Positions 40,347-51,700 of a stretch of DNA of 64,000 nucleotides are shown in pieces. The notes under the pieces are model-generated. The model was not told the DNA's origin, searched no databases, and was given only the letters and a program-made list of their open reading frames with translations. Made by a program: the position numbers and the translations under genes. The stretch is from Candidatus Thorarchaeota archaeon. Its GTDB lineage: Archaea > Asgardarchaeota > Thorarchaeia > Thorarchaeales > Thorarchaeaceae. Location of the stretch: assembly GCA_011364985.1 (NCBI GenBank), contig RDOC01000001.1, positions 128,001-192,000 of the forward strand, given 5' to 3'. Position 1 is the stretch's first letter. Each line of letters begins with the position of its first letter.

Positions 40347-43300
40347 GTGGCTCTGACGAACTTGCTAAGACGAACAGCGACTGGTTTCGCAGTTTTGGTT
40401 CTAGTGATGGTCGTTTCAGTTAGCCCTATGATTGCTACGATGTCTGTACTACCGGAGATGACTGAAGAATCACCGGTAGTCAGAATAGATGACGCCCTCT
40501 TAGATGATATGAACTCGAGCAATGAAACTGATATTCTTCTCACGTATAGTGATGCTGTTACCGAATACAAAGCGAAAACATCAATTGAGATGATAGACAG
40601 CTCAGCCAGAATCATTGAGACATTCACTGACCTGAATATGCTTCGGGTGAAGCTCATAGGAAGCTCGATTGGGAAACTGGTCGAACTGAATTTCATCACG
40701 AATATATGGTCAAATGAGTTGTGTGAGGTGTCATCAGGCACCAATGCCTTGAGTCCAAGCGTTGCATCAAATCAGTACCAACCTGCTATCGACCTTATAG
40801 GTGGTCGGGGTCTCTGGGAGGAAGGATTCAATGGAACAGGTGTTGTCATTGCGGTTCTTGACACAGGTGTAGATAGCACCCATGCAGACCTTGACGACTT
40901 TGATGATAATGCCAGCACTTCTGACACGAAAGTTGCAGCTTCGGCATCCTTCTCCGAAGGCGATACACTGCCCATCGATATAATAGGCCATGGGACTTAC
41001 GCGGCATCAATTGCTGCAGGCACTGGGAATAGCTCGGAAGGCTTGTATGCCGGGATAGCTCCAGGAGCTACTATTCTTTCAGCCAAGGTAACACTGGGAG
41101 GCCTATACGCATCACCTAGCTGGATTGTATCAGGAATCGAATGGGCTGCAAGTAGAGGCGCAGACATCATCCTCCTGCCCTTCAACACCTTTGGTGCGCC
41201 AGGAGATGCTGTTTCTGTCGCAGTACGCGAAGCAGCAGAGAAGGGAATCTTCGTTGTTGCGGCGGCCGGTGACGATGGACCAGATTACCTCACAATCATG
41301 TCACCAGGGGGTTCTGCTGCAACATTTACAGTTGGGGCGTATGATACCGAGAAGCAAGAGATTCCTGATTTCTCGGGAAGAGGACCATCTCTTGACCTCC
41401 TAACAAAACCGGACATTGTGGCACCAGGCGTAGGTGTTGTTGGAGCAAAGATGGGATCTGCGCTCGAAAGCCTTGGTTTCGGATCCTTTGACCTTGGCAC
41501 CATTGGAAGCCTCTCGGGGCTTCTCGGTGGCGATAGCACCGGAGAAGACCTTGATGAGTACTACATGGTTGACGATACAACAACTGCATCTGCATCAATC
41601 GTAGCAGGAGCTGCTGCAATTCTCATGCAGGCATTCGATAGGGTAACACCCATTGCCCTTGGCAATGTCCTAAGAGACACTGCAACTCTAATTCCCTACG
41701 GAGCAAATGATGGAGGTGCTGGACTTCTCAATCTGCAAGCAGCATTTAGCTATCTTCGAACCAAGCAAGAGCCCATAAACCCCCAAAACAGAACAACGGG
41801 AACATCACAACTTGCTCTTGGTATCGTGACAACTGCAGGAACTGATTCCTCAACCATTCTACTAATGAGCAGCTACGGTACTACTGTGGCAGCAGTTGAT
41901 ACACGAACTAGTCAAGACACCAGCATTCACATTCTCATGGGGATGTTTGCCCTCAGCTGGGAAAACAGAAGCCCCACTAACCTCATGGAATTTGAAGTGA
42001 AAAGTGAACTTCACTACACTAGACTAGACTCAGGAGATCTTGGTTACAACAGAATGGTTGGAGTTCTTGCGTATGATGAGATTTATGTGGTTCTGCTTGT
42101 GGAATCATATAATCTTACAACATATTCTTCTTTGCCACTTGACGGATTAAAGGTAACACCGTATATTCTTAATCTGGGTCCTAATCCTATTGATAATGTC
42201 AGTCTATTCCTGTCCTATTCTCTTGATCTCTTTAGTGACGGAGAGGATGACCATGGAAAATACTCGTTGGGCATGCAGGAGTTGTTTGTCTATGGCCAAT
42301 CAGAAGACTTGGATAGCTTCTACTTCGGTCTGAATTCCAGCATCCCATTATCCGCCTTTGAGATTGGCAATTCTTCCGAGGTATCATCTCATATTTCAGA
42401 TGACGGCTTGACCGGCTCAACCACATTCGACGGTTCGGTGGGTCTAGGGATGAAATGGCATTTTGGAGAACTCCCTGTGAAGAAACCAGCTAACGTTTCA
42501 ATTGCTATGGGCTTCGGAGAGAATCGAACAGTCCTTGATGCGTCAATCCTAGCACAATGGGAAGCAGAGCCTCCATCTACGGTTACTGATGAAGGAGACC
42601 TCATTATTGTCGAGGCAGACATTCCACGAGTTGCCGAGATAGGGGAGCATTATAAAACAAGGGCAGTCATGATCAACGTGGGTGGAAATGCCTCACAAGC
42701 GACCGGCGCATTCTTGGTGGCAAAGGAAGAGGACAACGGACTATCGATGTTCAGCAGAGTGTTCTTGTTTGATGAAGTAAAACCATTCCATGCAGAGATA
42801 CTAACAACAACTTGGAGCCCTGAGAAGATGGGCATAAACACTGCTGCATGGATTGCTGCACCAGATTTCGCTATTGTAACACAACTATTCTTGGGAACAG
42901 CGAATATCGTTGACCTGATCAATCTCTTGGACAACTTTCTCTTGCGAGATGTTTTTGTCATTGACCCAATCTCCTCAACATCAGTGTTCCCTAAACAGCT
43001 GCCATTTGCACCCTTTGATATCGTATTTCCCGCTGATTTTGGTTTATACACATTCGTAGTCGCCACAACAGAAAGCCTTGGAAACCTCACTGTACAGAAG
43101 TATGGCAATGCAAGCGATTGGGGTAATGCCACACTACCAAGTACAGAAACAGTGGAGGGTTATTACAACTTCTCACTCTTTCTTCTAGCATCCCCGATAA
43201 CCATTGATGGATACCATCGATGTGACTATGTAATCGATACGGACACAGGCTGGACCTACAATATTACGTTGGAAACAAGCCTTAGATATCCTAGAGCAAT

Positions 43301-44717
43301 GATGCTGGTTGACACCTCTCACGGGGGAGGATTGAGTTTCTTTGGAGGCTTTGGGGATGTGGGAGGTATGGGAGATATTGGCGGAAGCATGGAATTCCCG
43401 CTTGCACAGGATGATAGCGGAGGCATTTCACTTGATTCAGGATTCGACCTCAGCAGCCTTGGAGACCTAGGTGATCTTACCGGTCTATTGGATGCATTTC
43501 GTCTCACAACATTCTCAGGACTATCAAGCATGAAGAAAGCGATGGCCAACAGAGGTCTTGATTTGGTTGAAACGCCAGGAATTGAGCTTGATGAAGACCT
43601 TCTAAGCCAGTTCTCGGCAGTCTTTGTCTTCAGTCCAACGGAAGAATTCAACAGCACAGACGTTGACATGCTCAGGAAATATACAAGAGATGGTGGCAAG
43701 CTAATAGTCCTTGGAGATGAGGATGGTACAGCCAATCTAACTGGCATTAACAATTTGATTTCGCCTTTTGGATACTCGATGCAAGGCGCTCATCGGCAAG
43801 AGAACACCACAGACATCATAAGTGGAACGCTGCTTGGGAGTAGTCTAGACTCAATCTGGCTTGGTGGTGGAACCTACATTCTGGGTAATCAGTCGTTATC
43901 CACCGCTTTCGTCAATGGAAAACCTGTTGTCCTCCTTGACGATTCAAGACCAGAGTTGGCCCTCTTTGGGTCTTCAAGAATATTCATGAACAAGAATCTT
44001 GCAAAATGCAACAATTCTCTTCTATTAGATAATCTAATCACATACCTATTGAGAAACACGCTGACGGGAGAGGCATCACTGGCTGAAGACACCCACTTAT
44101 ACGAGGCGGGAAAGAGCGTCTATCTGAATCTTGTGATAACAGACATACATGGGCGTCCTGTGAACGATTTGTTCGTGGCAATAGCCTTTGAGCTGCCCAA
44201 TGATACGCTTGTCTTTTTTATTGCCGGATTTGTGGAGAACGGACTCTACTCGTCCCAGTTCACTCCGAGCTACTGGAAATCAGCAGGAAGAATCAACGGT
44301 ATCTTTGTGATAATGGGTGGGGAGAACTATGCCAATACCTATGCCGGCATAGGATTCGAGCTTTATGAACCAAGTGCCACTACAGGAGTCGAGCCGCCGT
44401 TCAGACTCTTGACAATGGCCCAGATAGCCATGTTAGCTGCCGGCGGCATCTTTGGCTCTCTAATACTGGGGCTCGTCTACAATAGAAGAGCCAAGCGCAA
44501 GAAGATGCGCATCATTGAGATTGAGCCCGAATTAGTGAGAGAGATTGACAATACGCTAAATGCATTGCTTGCTGCTTTCACGCAGATAGAACAGCTCATC
44601 CAACGAGAAGACCTAGACCGAGTACAGAAAATAGAATCGTTGAGAGGACTTATGGAAGGGCTCGAAAAGGGACAAAAGGAGTTCAAGAAGGTGAGCGATA
44701 GAGTGGGAGGTGTGTGA
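40347..44717 (+). CDS. Membrane-anchored S8 subtilase-like protein with GIFT/DUF4350-like domain; catalytic Ser replaced
   Basis: Signal peptide, IAVLDTG, GHGT, FSGRGP...KPDIVAPG; later MLVDTSHG...FSSMKK-like helix, P.EEF...LRKY...GGKLIVLG...INNLISPFG; C-terminal TM and cytoplasmic helical tail. Confidence 0.85.
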   Translation: MALTNLLRRTATGFAVLVLVMVVSVSPMIATMSVLPEMTEESPVVRIDDALLDDMNSSNETDILLTYSDAVTEYKAKTSIEMIDSSARIIETFTDLNMLRVKLIGSSIGKLVELNFITNIWSNELCEVSSGTNALSPSVASNQYQPAIDLIGGRGLWEEGFNGTGVVIAVLDTGVDSTHADLDDFDDNASTSDTKVAASASFSEGDTLPIDIIGHGTYAASIAAGTGNSSEGLYAGIAPGATILSAKVTLGGLYASPSWIVSGIEWAASRGADIILLPFNTFGAPGDAVSVAVREAAEKGIFVVAAAGDDGPDYLTIMSPGGSAATFTVGAYDTEKQEIPDFSGRGPSLDLLTKPDIVAPGVGVVGAKMGSALESLGFGSFDLGTIGSLSGLLGGDSTGEDLDEYYMVDDTTTASASIVAGAAAILMQAFDRVTPIALGNVLRDTATLIPYGANDGGAGLLNLQAAFSYLRTKQEPINPQNRTTGTSQLALGIVTTAGTDSSTILLMSSYGTTVAAVDTRTSQDTSIHILMGMFALSWENRSPTNLMEFEVKSELHYTRLDSGDLGYNRMVGVLAYDEIYVVLLVESYNLTTYSSLPLDGLKVTPYILNLGPNPIDNVSLFLSYSLDLFSDGEDDHGKYSLGMQELFVYGQSEDLDSFYFGLNSSIPLSAFEIGNSSEVSSHISDDGLTGSTTFDGSVGLGMKWHFGELPVKKPANVSIAMGFGENRTVLDASILAQWEAEPPSTVTDEGDLIIVEADIPRVAEIGEHYKTRAVMINVGGNASQATGAFLVAKEEDNGLSMFSRVFLFDEVKPFHAEILTTTWSPEKMGINTAAWIAAPDFAIVTQLFLGTANIVDLINLLDNFLLRDVFVIDPISSTSVFPKQLPFAPFDIVFPADFGLYTFVVATTESLGNLTVQKYGNASDWGNATLPSTETVEGYYNFSLFLLASPITIDGYHRCDYVIDTDTGWTYNITLETSLRYPRAMMLVDTSHGGGLSFFGGFGDVGGMGDIGGSMEFPLAQDDSGGISLDSGFDLSSLGDLGDLTGLLDAFRLTTFSGLSSMKKAMANRGLDLVETPGIELDEDLLSQFSAVFVFSPTEEFNSTDVDMLRKYTRDGGKLIVLGDEDGTANLTGINNLISPFGYSMQGAHRQENTTDIISGTLLGSSLDSIWLGGGTYILGNQSLSTAFVNGKPVVLLDDSRPELALFGSSRIFMNKNLAKCNNSLLLDNLITYLLRNTLTGEASLAEDTHLYEAGKSVYLNLVITDIHGRPVNDLFVAIAFELPNDTLVFFIAGFVENGLYSSQFTPSYWKSAGRINGIFVIMGGENYANTYAGIGFELYEPSATTGVEPPFRLLTMAQIAMLAAGGIFGSLILGLVYNRRAKRKKMRIIEIEPELVREIDNTLNALLAAFTQIEQLIQREDLDRVQKIESLRGLMEGLEKGQKEFKKVSDRVGGV

Positions 44718-45708
44718 GATGTCTGATGCTGAGAAGACTCAAGCACTCGAGATTGACATCAAGGACCTCAAGGTTGCCTTTGGTGATTTTTACGCACTTA
44801 ATGGGGTTTCGTTTTTCGCTTACAAGAAGGAGTTCCTCGGAATCATTGGGGCCTCTGGAGCAGGGAAGACCACTGTTCTCCGTGTTCTTACAGGACAGGT
44901 CGGACCAACCTCTGGTCAAGCCTTTGTTGGCGGCTTTGATGTGACTAAGAAGAGCGACCTAATCAGCCTTCTAGTTGGCTACGTTCCTCAACTAGAGCAT
45001 CTCAGTCTGTACTATGACTTTACCGCCCTTCAAAATGCCGAGTTCTTTGGTAGGTGTTTTGGCCTGAGGCCTAAGGAGATAGAGAAGCGTGCTCGAAACA
45101 TCCTGACAATTCTTGGTTTCGATGAAGAACTCATGACAAAGGCGGTAAAGAGACTCTCAGGTGGAGAGAGGAAGCGTGTTTCCATTTGTCTTGGCATGAT
45201 TCATGATCCCCCAGTGCTGTTGCTCGACGAACCTACAACCGGCCTCGATGCACACCTCAGACACGAGACTCTGAACTACCTGAAAGAACTGAACTACGAA
45301 CTGGGAACAACGATGGTCATCATCTCCCATGACCTTGAGATTGTTGACTATTGTACACGAGTATGCCTGCTGGAAGACGGGCTCATTAGCCAATTTGGCA
45401 CTCCAGAGGAGTTGATCTCCACGCTGCCCGGAAAAGGCGAGAGTTTGAGGATTGTTCTTCCAAAGATAACGACTGGAATCATGAACCAAGTGATGTCACT
45501 TCCTGGCGTCGAATATGTGGCTGCAGCCGGTAGAAACGCAGTCAAGCTTTTCATTGATGATCCGGATAAGCAGATTCTTCCAATTATCAAAATGCTCAAC
45601 CAGAGAGGTATACCCTTTGAGGAGATATCCCTAGTAGAGAGCGATTTCTTCGATTACTTCCAAGTGAAGCCTTGGAAAGACAATGGTGGAGGAGAGAGTA
45701 CTCCGTGA
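44710..45708 (+). CDS. ABC transporter ATP-binding protein
   Basis: GASGAGKTT, LSGGERKR, LLLDEPTTGLD, ISHD. Confidence 0.95.
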   Translation: MCEMSDAEKTQALEIDIKDLKVAFGDFYALNGVSFFAYKKEFLGIIGASGAGKTTVLRVLTGQVGPTSGQAFVGGFDVTKKSDLISLLVGYVPQLEHLSLYYDFTALQNAEFFGRCFGLRPKEIEKRARNILTILGFDEELMTKAVKRLSGGERKRVSICLGMIHDPPVLLLDEPTTGLDAHLRHETLNYLKELNYELGTTMVIISHDLEIVDYCTRVCLLEDGLISQFGTPEELISTLPGKGESLRIVLPKITTGIMNQVMSLPGVEYVAAAGRNAVKLFIDDPDKQILPIIKMLNQRGIPFEEISLVESDFFDYFQVKPWKDNGGGESTP

Positions 45709-48700
45709 AACGAAACAGAATACTCCTAGTATTATTGTGTGCTTGTGTGCTAATCGGACTCCAAGCATTAATTGGAGATCCCACAGGGCAATCTGTTGCC
45801 ATCATACAGGACAGGTCCAGTGCAGTAGTCGCGGAGATTGCTCCGTTCGACACCGCGATTGTGTGGTCCAATGACACAGGAGGACAGGTGGCTGGTATTG
45901 CCATTGCTAATTTTGATGGCGATAACTACGATGAGATGGCGGTGGTCACTCAGGCCGGGGTGTTACAGCTCTATGATCACACTGGGAATCGTCTCTGGAG
46001 CAGAGACCTGATGACTCCAGCCAATGACATCGCGACCTTGGATAGGAACGCCGACGGAGAAATGGAGATCGTGGTGGGAACTGACGATGGCTTCATGGTG
46101 ATGACAGCATCCCAGACCGTTCTTGCCAATATTGCCCTTCCAAATCCAGTACAGGCCGTTGATTCCGGTGACCTTGATCTGGACACCTTTGACGAGGTCT
46201 TCATTGGATGCGATGACAACCATCTCTACGCCTATGAGGCAAATGGCACCTATATCTGGGAGTTTGCAAGCAATGGGCCCATCACTCAGGTTCTGGCCGC
46301 TGATGTTGACCTCGACAGTGGAGCAGAGGTGCTTGTCGGGTCCTCAGCTGGAAAATTCGCTCTGGTCGAAACCACTGGAGCCGTCACATTCAGTGTAGAC
46401 AAGGCTTATGCTATCACTGGAGTGGCTGCAGGAAACCTGCTGAGCGGGGGAAATCTAGAGGTAGCCTTTGGTACCGCTGGGGGCGAAATTGCAGTCTATC
46501 GAAGTGCCGGCACTCCAGAATATGGCATCTACCATGATGATGCAGTGACCGCCTTGCACATTGGACAGCTTGTTTCTGGAGGCTTTGATGAGATGGCCTT
46601 TGGCACTGCAGGAAACGAACTGCACGTCTACAATGGCACCGGCTCTATGCAATGGAATAAGACGTTGGCAGGCCAAGTAAACAGCATCCGCTTTGCCAAT
46701 GTGGGCGGTCTCCCGAACAATCAGCTCATCTCTGGTACTGGGGCTGGGACCCTCAACGTCTACAATGCCACAGGTTACAGGGTGGTTCAGACTACCCTTG
46801 ATACTTTCCAAGGAGTCATTGCCATCGGTGATATCGACACCAATGGCAACAGCGAGTATGCCGCAGGAACCAACAACGGCATCATTAACGTCTACGGAAG
46901 GGATCTTGATGGCGACGACCTTGCAGATGCGCGAGAAACCCTCATCGACCTCACTAACCCCGCAGAGCCTGACTCGGACTATGACAATTTAGATGATGGT
47001 GAAGAGGTTCTTCAGTATGGTACAGATCCAAATAGCGACGACTCAGACTCAGATAAGCTGAAGGACTTCTCAGAAGTTCACACCTATGGAACCGATCCCA
47101 ACGATGCTGATTCTGACGATGACCTTCTCACAGACTGGCAAGAGATCTACCTCGGTACCGATCCCAATGACGAAGACTCGGACGGAGATGACTTGACAGA
47201 CTTTGAAGAGAACAACGTGACTCTCACGGACCCACTTGATTCTGACACGAACAACAATGATATCAATGACGGGGCTGACGATAATGATGGCGATGGCCTG
47301 ACAAATCTGCAAGAAGTGCGTCTTACGCTTACCGATCCCAATGATGTGAACACAGATGGAGATGCGCTCAGCGATTATTATGATGATGAGGACGCAGATA
47401 GCCTCGCCAACTGGAAGGAGATTCAGGTCGGTGCGGACCCGCTTGATCCTGACTCAGATGATGACTTGCTTTTGGACGGTGCAGAGGTCAAGATATGGAA
47501 GTCCAGCCCCACGAATCCAGACACTGACGGAGACGATTTGACCGACTATGAAGAAGTCATGATTGTTGGCTCGAACCCCACCAAAGCTGATACTGACGAA
47601 GACACGCTGTCTGACTACGAAGAATACGTGACCTACGGAACCAACGTCACCAATGCCGACTCGGACTATGACGACTTGGAAGATGCAGACGAGATCAATG
47701 AGTACTTCACAGACCCTCTCGATTGGGACTCGGACGGAGATACTCTGTCGGATGGCGACGAAGTAAATGTATATGGTACTGACCCCAACTCGGTGGACAC
47801 GGATCTAGACACGCTTTCGGATGATTATGAGATTACACAGGGAACGAACCCCAAGAAGGCAGACACCGACGGAGACACGATAAATGACGCGCTTGAATTG
47901 CTTACCTATTTCACCAATGCCACAAATGTCGACACCGATGGCGACCTGATTCGGGACAACGATGAGATCAAGTATCTGGCATTTGGTTTCGACCCCACGG
48001 ATTCGACTTCTTGGGGGCAGCCAGAGAGCGATTATGATTATGATGCTGACGGTGACTTGCTTACTAATGGTCAGGAGATATACCTCACCCGAACGCATCC
48101 AGGCCGAATTGACTCAGACCTAGATGGTACCAACGACAATCTTGAGGATGCTGACTTGGATGACATCAACAACTACGATGAGATCAACGTGACTGATACA
48201 GACCCTCGAAATCCTGATACCGATGGGGATGAAGTGAAGGATGGTGATGAGTATCTCATTTTAGGAACTGACCCCAACGATGAGGACACGAATGATAATT
48301 CAATCAACGATTATGATGAGGACCCCGATGAGGACAACCTCTCCAATGGTGTCGAGCTCTATATCACCGATACTGACCCCTTGGACGCAACAACTCACGG
48401 GACAACGCCAGACGACGAATATGATGGTGACGGAGATTTCTTGCCAAACTGGTTTGAAGTCTTTAGAACTGGGACTGACCCGCTGTACAATGATACCAAT
48501 GACAATGGCATCTTTGACTGGGAGGAGGACCCAGACAATGATGATTTGACCAATCTGCAGGAGTATGAGGTATGGAGAGATTTTGGGTACGAGTGTGATC
48601 CCCTCGATGCAGACTCTGACAATGACCAACTAACGGATGGTGAAGAGGTCCTCTACACGCTCACCGATCCCAGCGACAATGATGACGACGATGACACGAT

Positions 48701-51700
48701 TCTCGATGGTCAAGACGACCAGGACAACGATGGCCTAACAAACATAGAGGAACTGCGGATCTATAACACGAATGCCACCAATTGGGATACCGACGGAGAC
48801 ATGATCCGCGACGGGCTTGAGATTCAGATAGGGCTGAATGCGACAAACTTTGACACGGATGGGGATGGGATCTATGATGGATGGTTCGATGAGGATGGGG
48901 ACGGAATCTATGACCCTGAAGAGCTAGGAGAAGATGTGGATGCAGATGGCATTGTTGACCCTGAAGAAACCGACCCGAACAACGCAGATTCCGACGGGGA
49001 TGAGTTAGATGATTATGAGGAATACTTAGTGGGCACGAATCCGTTGAAACCAGATTCGGACGAAGATTTGCTGCTTGATGGTCAGGAGGTTCTTCACTTC
49101 GGGACGAATCCGCTTTCAAACGACACTGATGGAGATCTCCTTGATGACTATATTGAGGTGAATGTTACCCTTACCGACCCAACTAATATGTGGTTCAATG
49201 GCACTCACACGGATTACCAAATTGACTCGGATAATGACATGCTGTCAAATGGTGACGAAATCTACATCTATGACACTAGCCCCGGCGACTTCGACTCCGA
49301 TGACGACCTCATTGGAGATGGCGAAGAGATACTTGTCTATGGCTCAGACCCGCTAAAATGGGACTCCGATGGAGACCTGCTATCGGACTACGATGAGATT
49401 ATGAGATACGGGACGAACCCCGCGGCCCAGGACTCTGACGCAGATCAGGTCGATGACTATTCGGAGATTGTGATTCTTGGCACTGATCCGAACCTATGGA
49501 GCACAGCAGGCAACGGCACTTCAGACTATGACCGAGATGAGGATGGAGATGGTCTAAGCAACGGTCTCGAACTCTATGGTTACCACAGCAATGCCACGTC
49601 TTCTGACACTGATGGAGATGAATTGGAAGATGGCATAGAGGTCTATCTCGCAGGGAGCAGCCCGACCGACAAAGACACTGACGATGACGGTGTTAGTGAC
49701 TACTTAGAATACATGGTCTACCACACAGACGCTTCGGGCTCGGATTCAGACTCAGACGATTTGACGGACTACTATGAAATCTACGTGTCCCTTACGAGTC
49801 CTACTGACTGGGACTCAGACGATGACCAGCTCTCTGACGGTGACGAGGTGAATGAATATGGGACAGACCCCAAGGCAGCGGACTCGGACAACGACCAGCT
49901 CAATGACAGAAGGGAGCTGTTTGAGGTTGGTACCGACCCCTTGCTCAACGATACTGACGGAGACACCCTCAGTGACTACGAAGAATGGGTTATTTACGGT
50001 ACAGACCCGCTAGTGGCCGATGCAGACGAAGATGGACTTAACGACGCAGAAGAAATAGAGAACGGAACTGACCCAGAGAATGAAGACTCCGACTTTGATT
50101 CCCTTAGCGATTATGATGAGGTCAATATCTACGAAACCAGTCCTATTAACGCAGACACAGACTTTGATAACCTTGCAGATAGTGATGAAATATTCAATAG
50201 CAAGACCGATCCCAATCGCGCGGACACCGATGGGGACTCAATCCCGGATGACCTTGATGATAAGGACGCCGATGGAATAAGCAACTTCGATGAGATCTAC
50301 GTGTATGAAACCAACTGCACTCTCTTTGACACCGACGGGGATATGCTAGGGGATGGCTATGAAATCGCACAAAATCCATGGGTAACCGACCCGAATGAGG
50401 TTGATACCGATGATGATTTGCTTAGCGACTGGGATGAAATCTTCATGTGGTCTAGCAATCCAACACGCAAGGATACCGACGGGGATCTCCTCCAAGATGG
50501 TGAGGAAGTTCTGACCTGGCACACCGACCCTAACCTCGATGATACAGACGCCGATATGGTCAACGATTATGATGAAATCAAGGTCTTCGAAACAAACGCG
50601 TTGGACCCCGATTCTGATGATGACAATTTGTCCGATGGTTATGAGTTGTTCGTCTACAACACGGACCCCCTCAATGAAGACACAGACAATGACAGACTAC
50701 TGGACGACGAAGAGGAATTCTATGGTACTGACCCAAGAGTGGAAGATACAGATGAAGACGAACTAACAGACTATGAAGAAGTGTACTTGACGGGTACAGA
50801 TCCGACCCTATACAGTACGGAGGGCGACGGAATTTCAGACGCCGACCGTGACGGCGATAACGACATGCTCACAAATTCTCAGGAGATTCGTCTGACTAAA
50901 ACAAACCCTGCTAGCAATGATACCGATGCCGATGGCAAAATCGATGGATTAGATGACGAGGATAGAGACCTCTTGACCAACTACGAGGAATGCGTCATTA
51001 CTGAAACTGACCCCAGAGACAGAGACTCCGACGACGACGGTGTTAGCGACCTGAACGACGATCAGGACGGGGATGGACTCACGAATGGTGATGAGGTGCA
51101 CATTTATCTGACAGACCCGCTACGTCGCGATACTGACGGAGACAAACTGTCTGACAGAGAAGAGGTTGAAGACTACGGCACAGATCCGCTCGTCAAGGAC
51201 ACGGACATGGACGAAATCGAGGACTACGAGGAGATAAACACCTATCACACCAATGCGACCTACTTTGATACAGACTACGACCTGCTCAGCGATTGGATCG
51301 AAATCTTCCTAACTGAAACTGACCCGACGAATATGTGGTACAATGCGACTCATACGGACTATGAGATTGACTCAGATGGTGACTTCTTATCCAATGGTGC
51401 AGAGATCTACAATTACGCCACATCACCGGGAGACCCTGATTCGGACAACGACAACTTGCTTGATGGCGAAGAAATCGCACTGGGAACGGACCCCCTTGAA
51501 GAAGACTCAGACTTGGATAATCTCATTGACGGCTTGGAAGTGCACGTATACCAAACTGACCCCCTCTCCGAGGACACCGACGAAGACCAAATCAATGACT
51601 ACGATGAAGTGCGCATCTACTTCACGAACCCAAACGTTGAAGACACGGATCAAGACAACCTATCAGATTACGATGAAATCTTCGTCTACTTTACGGACCC

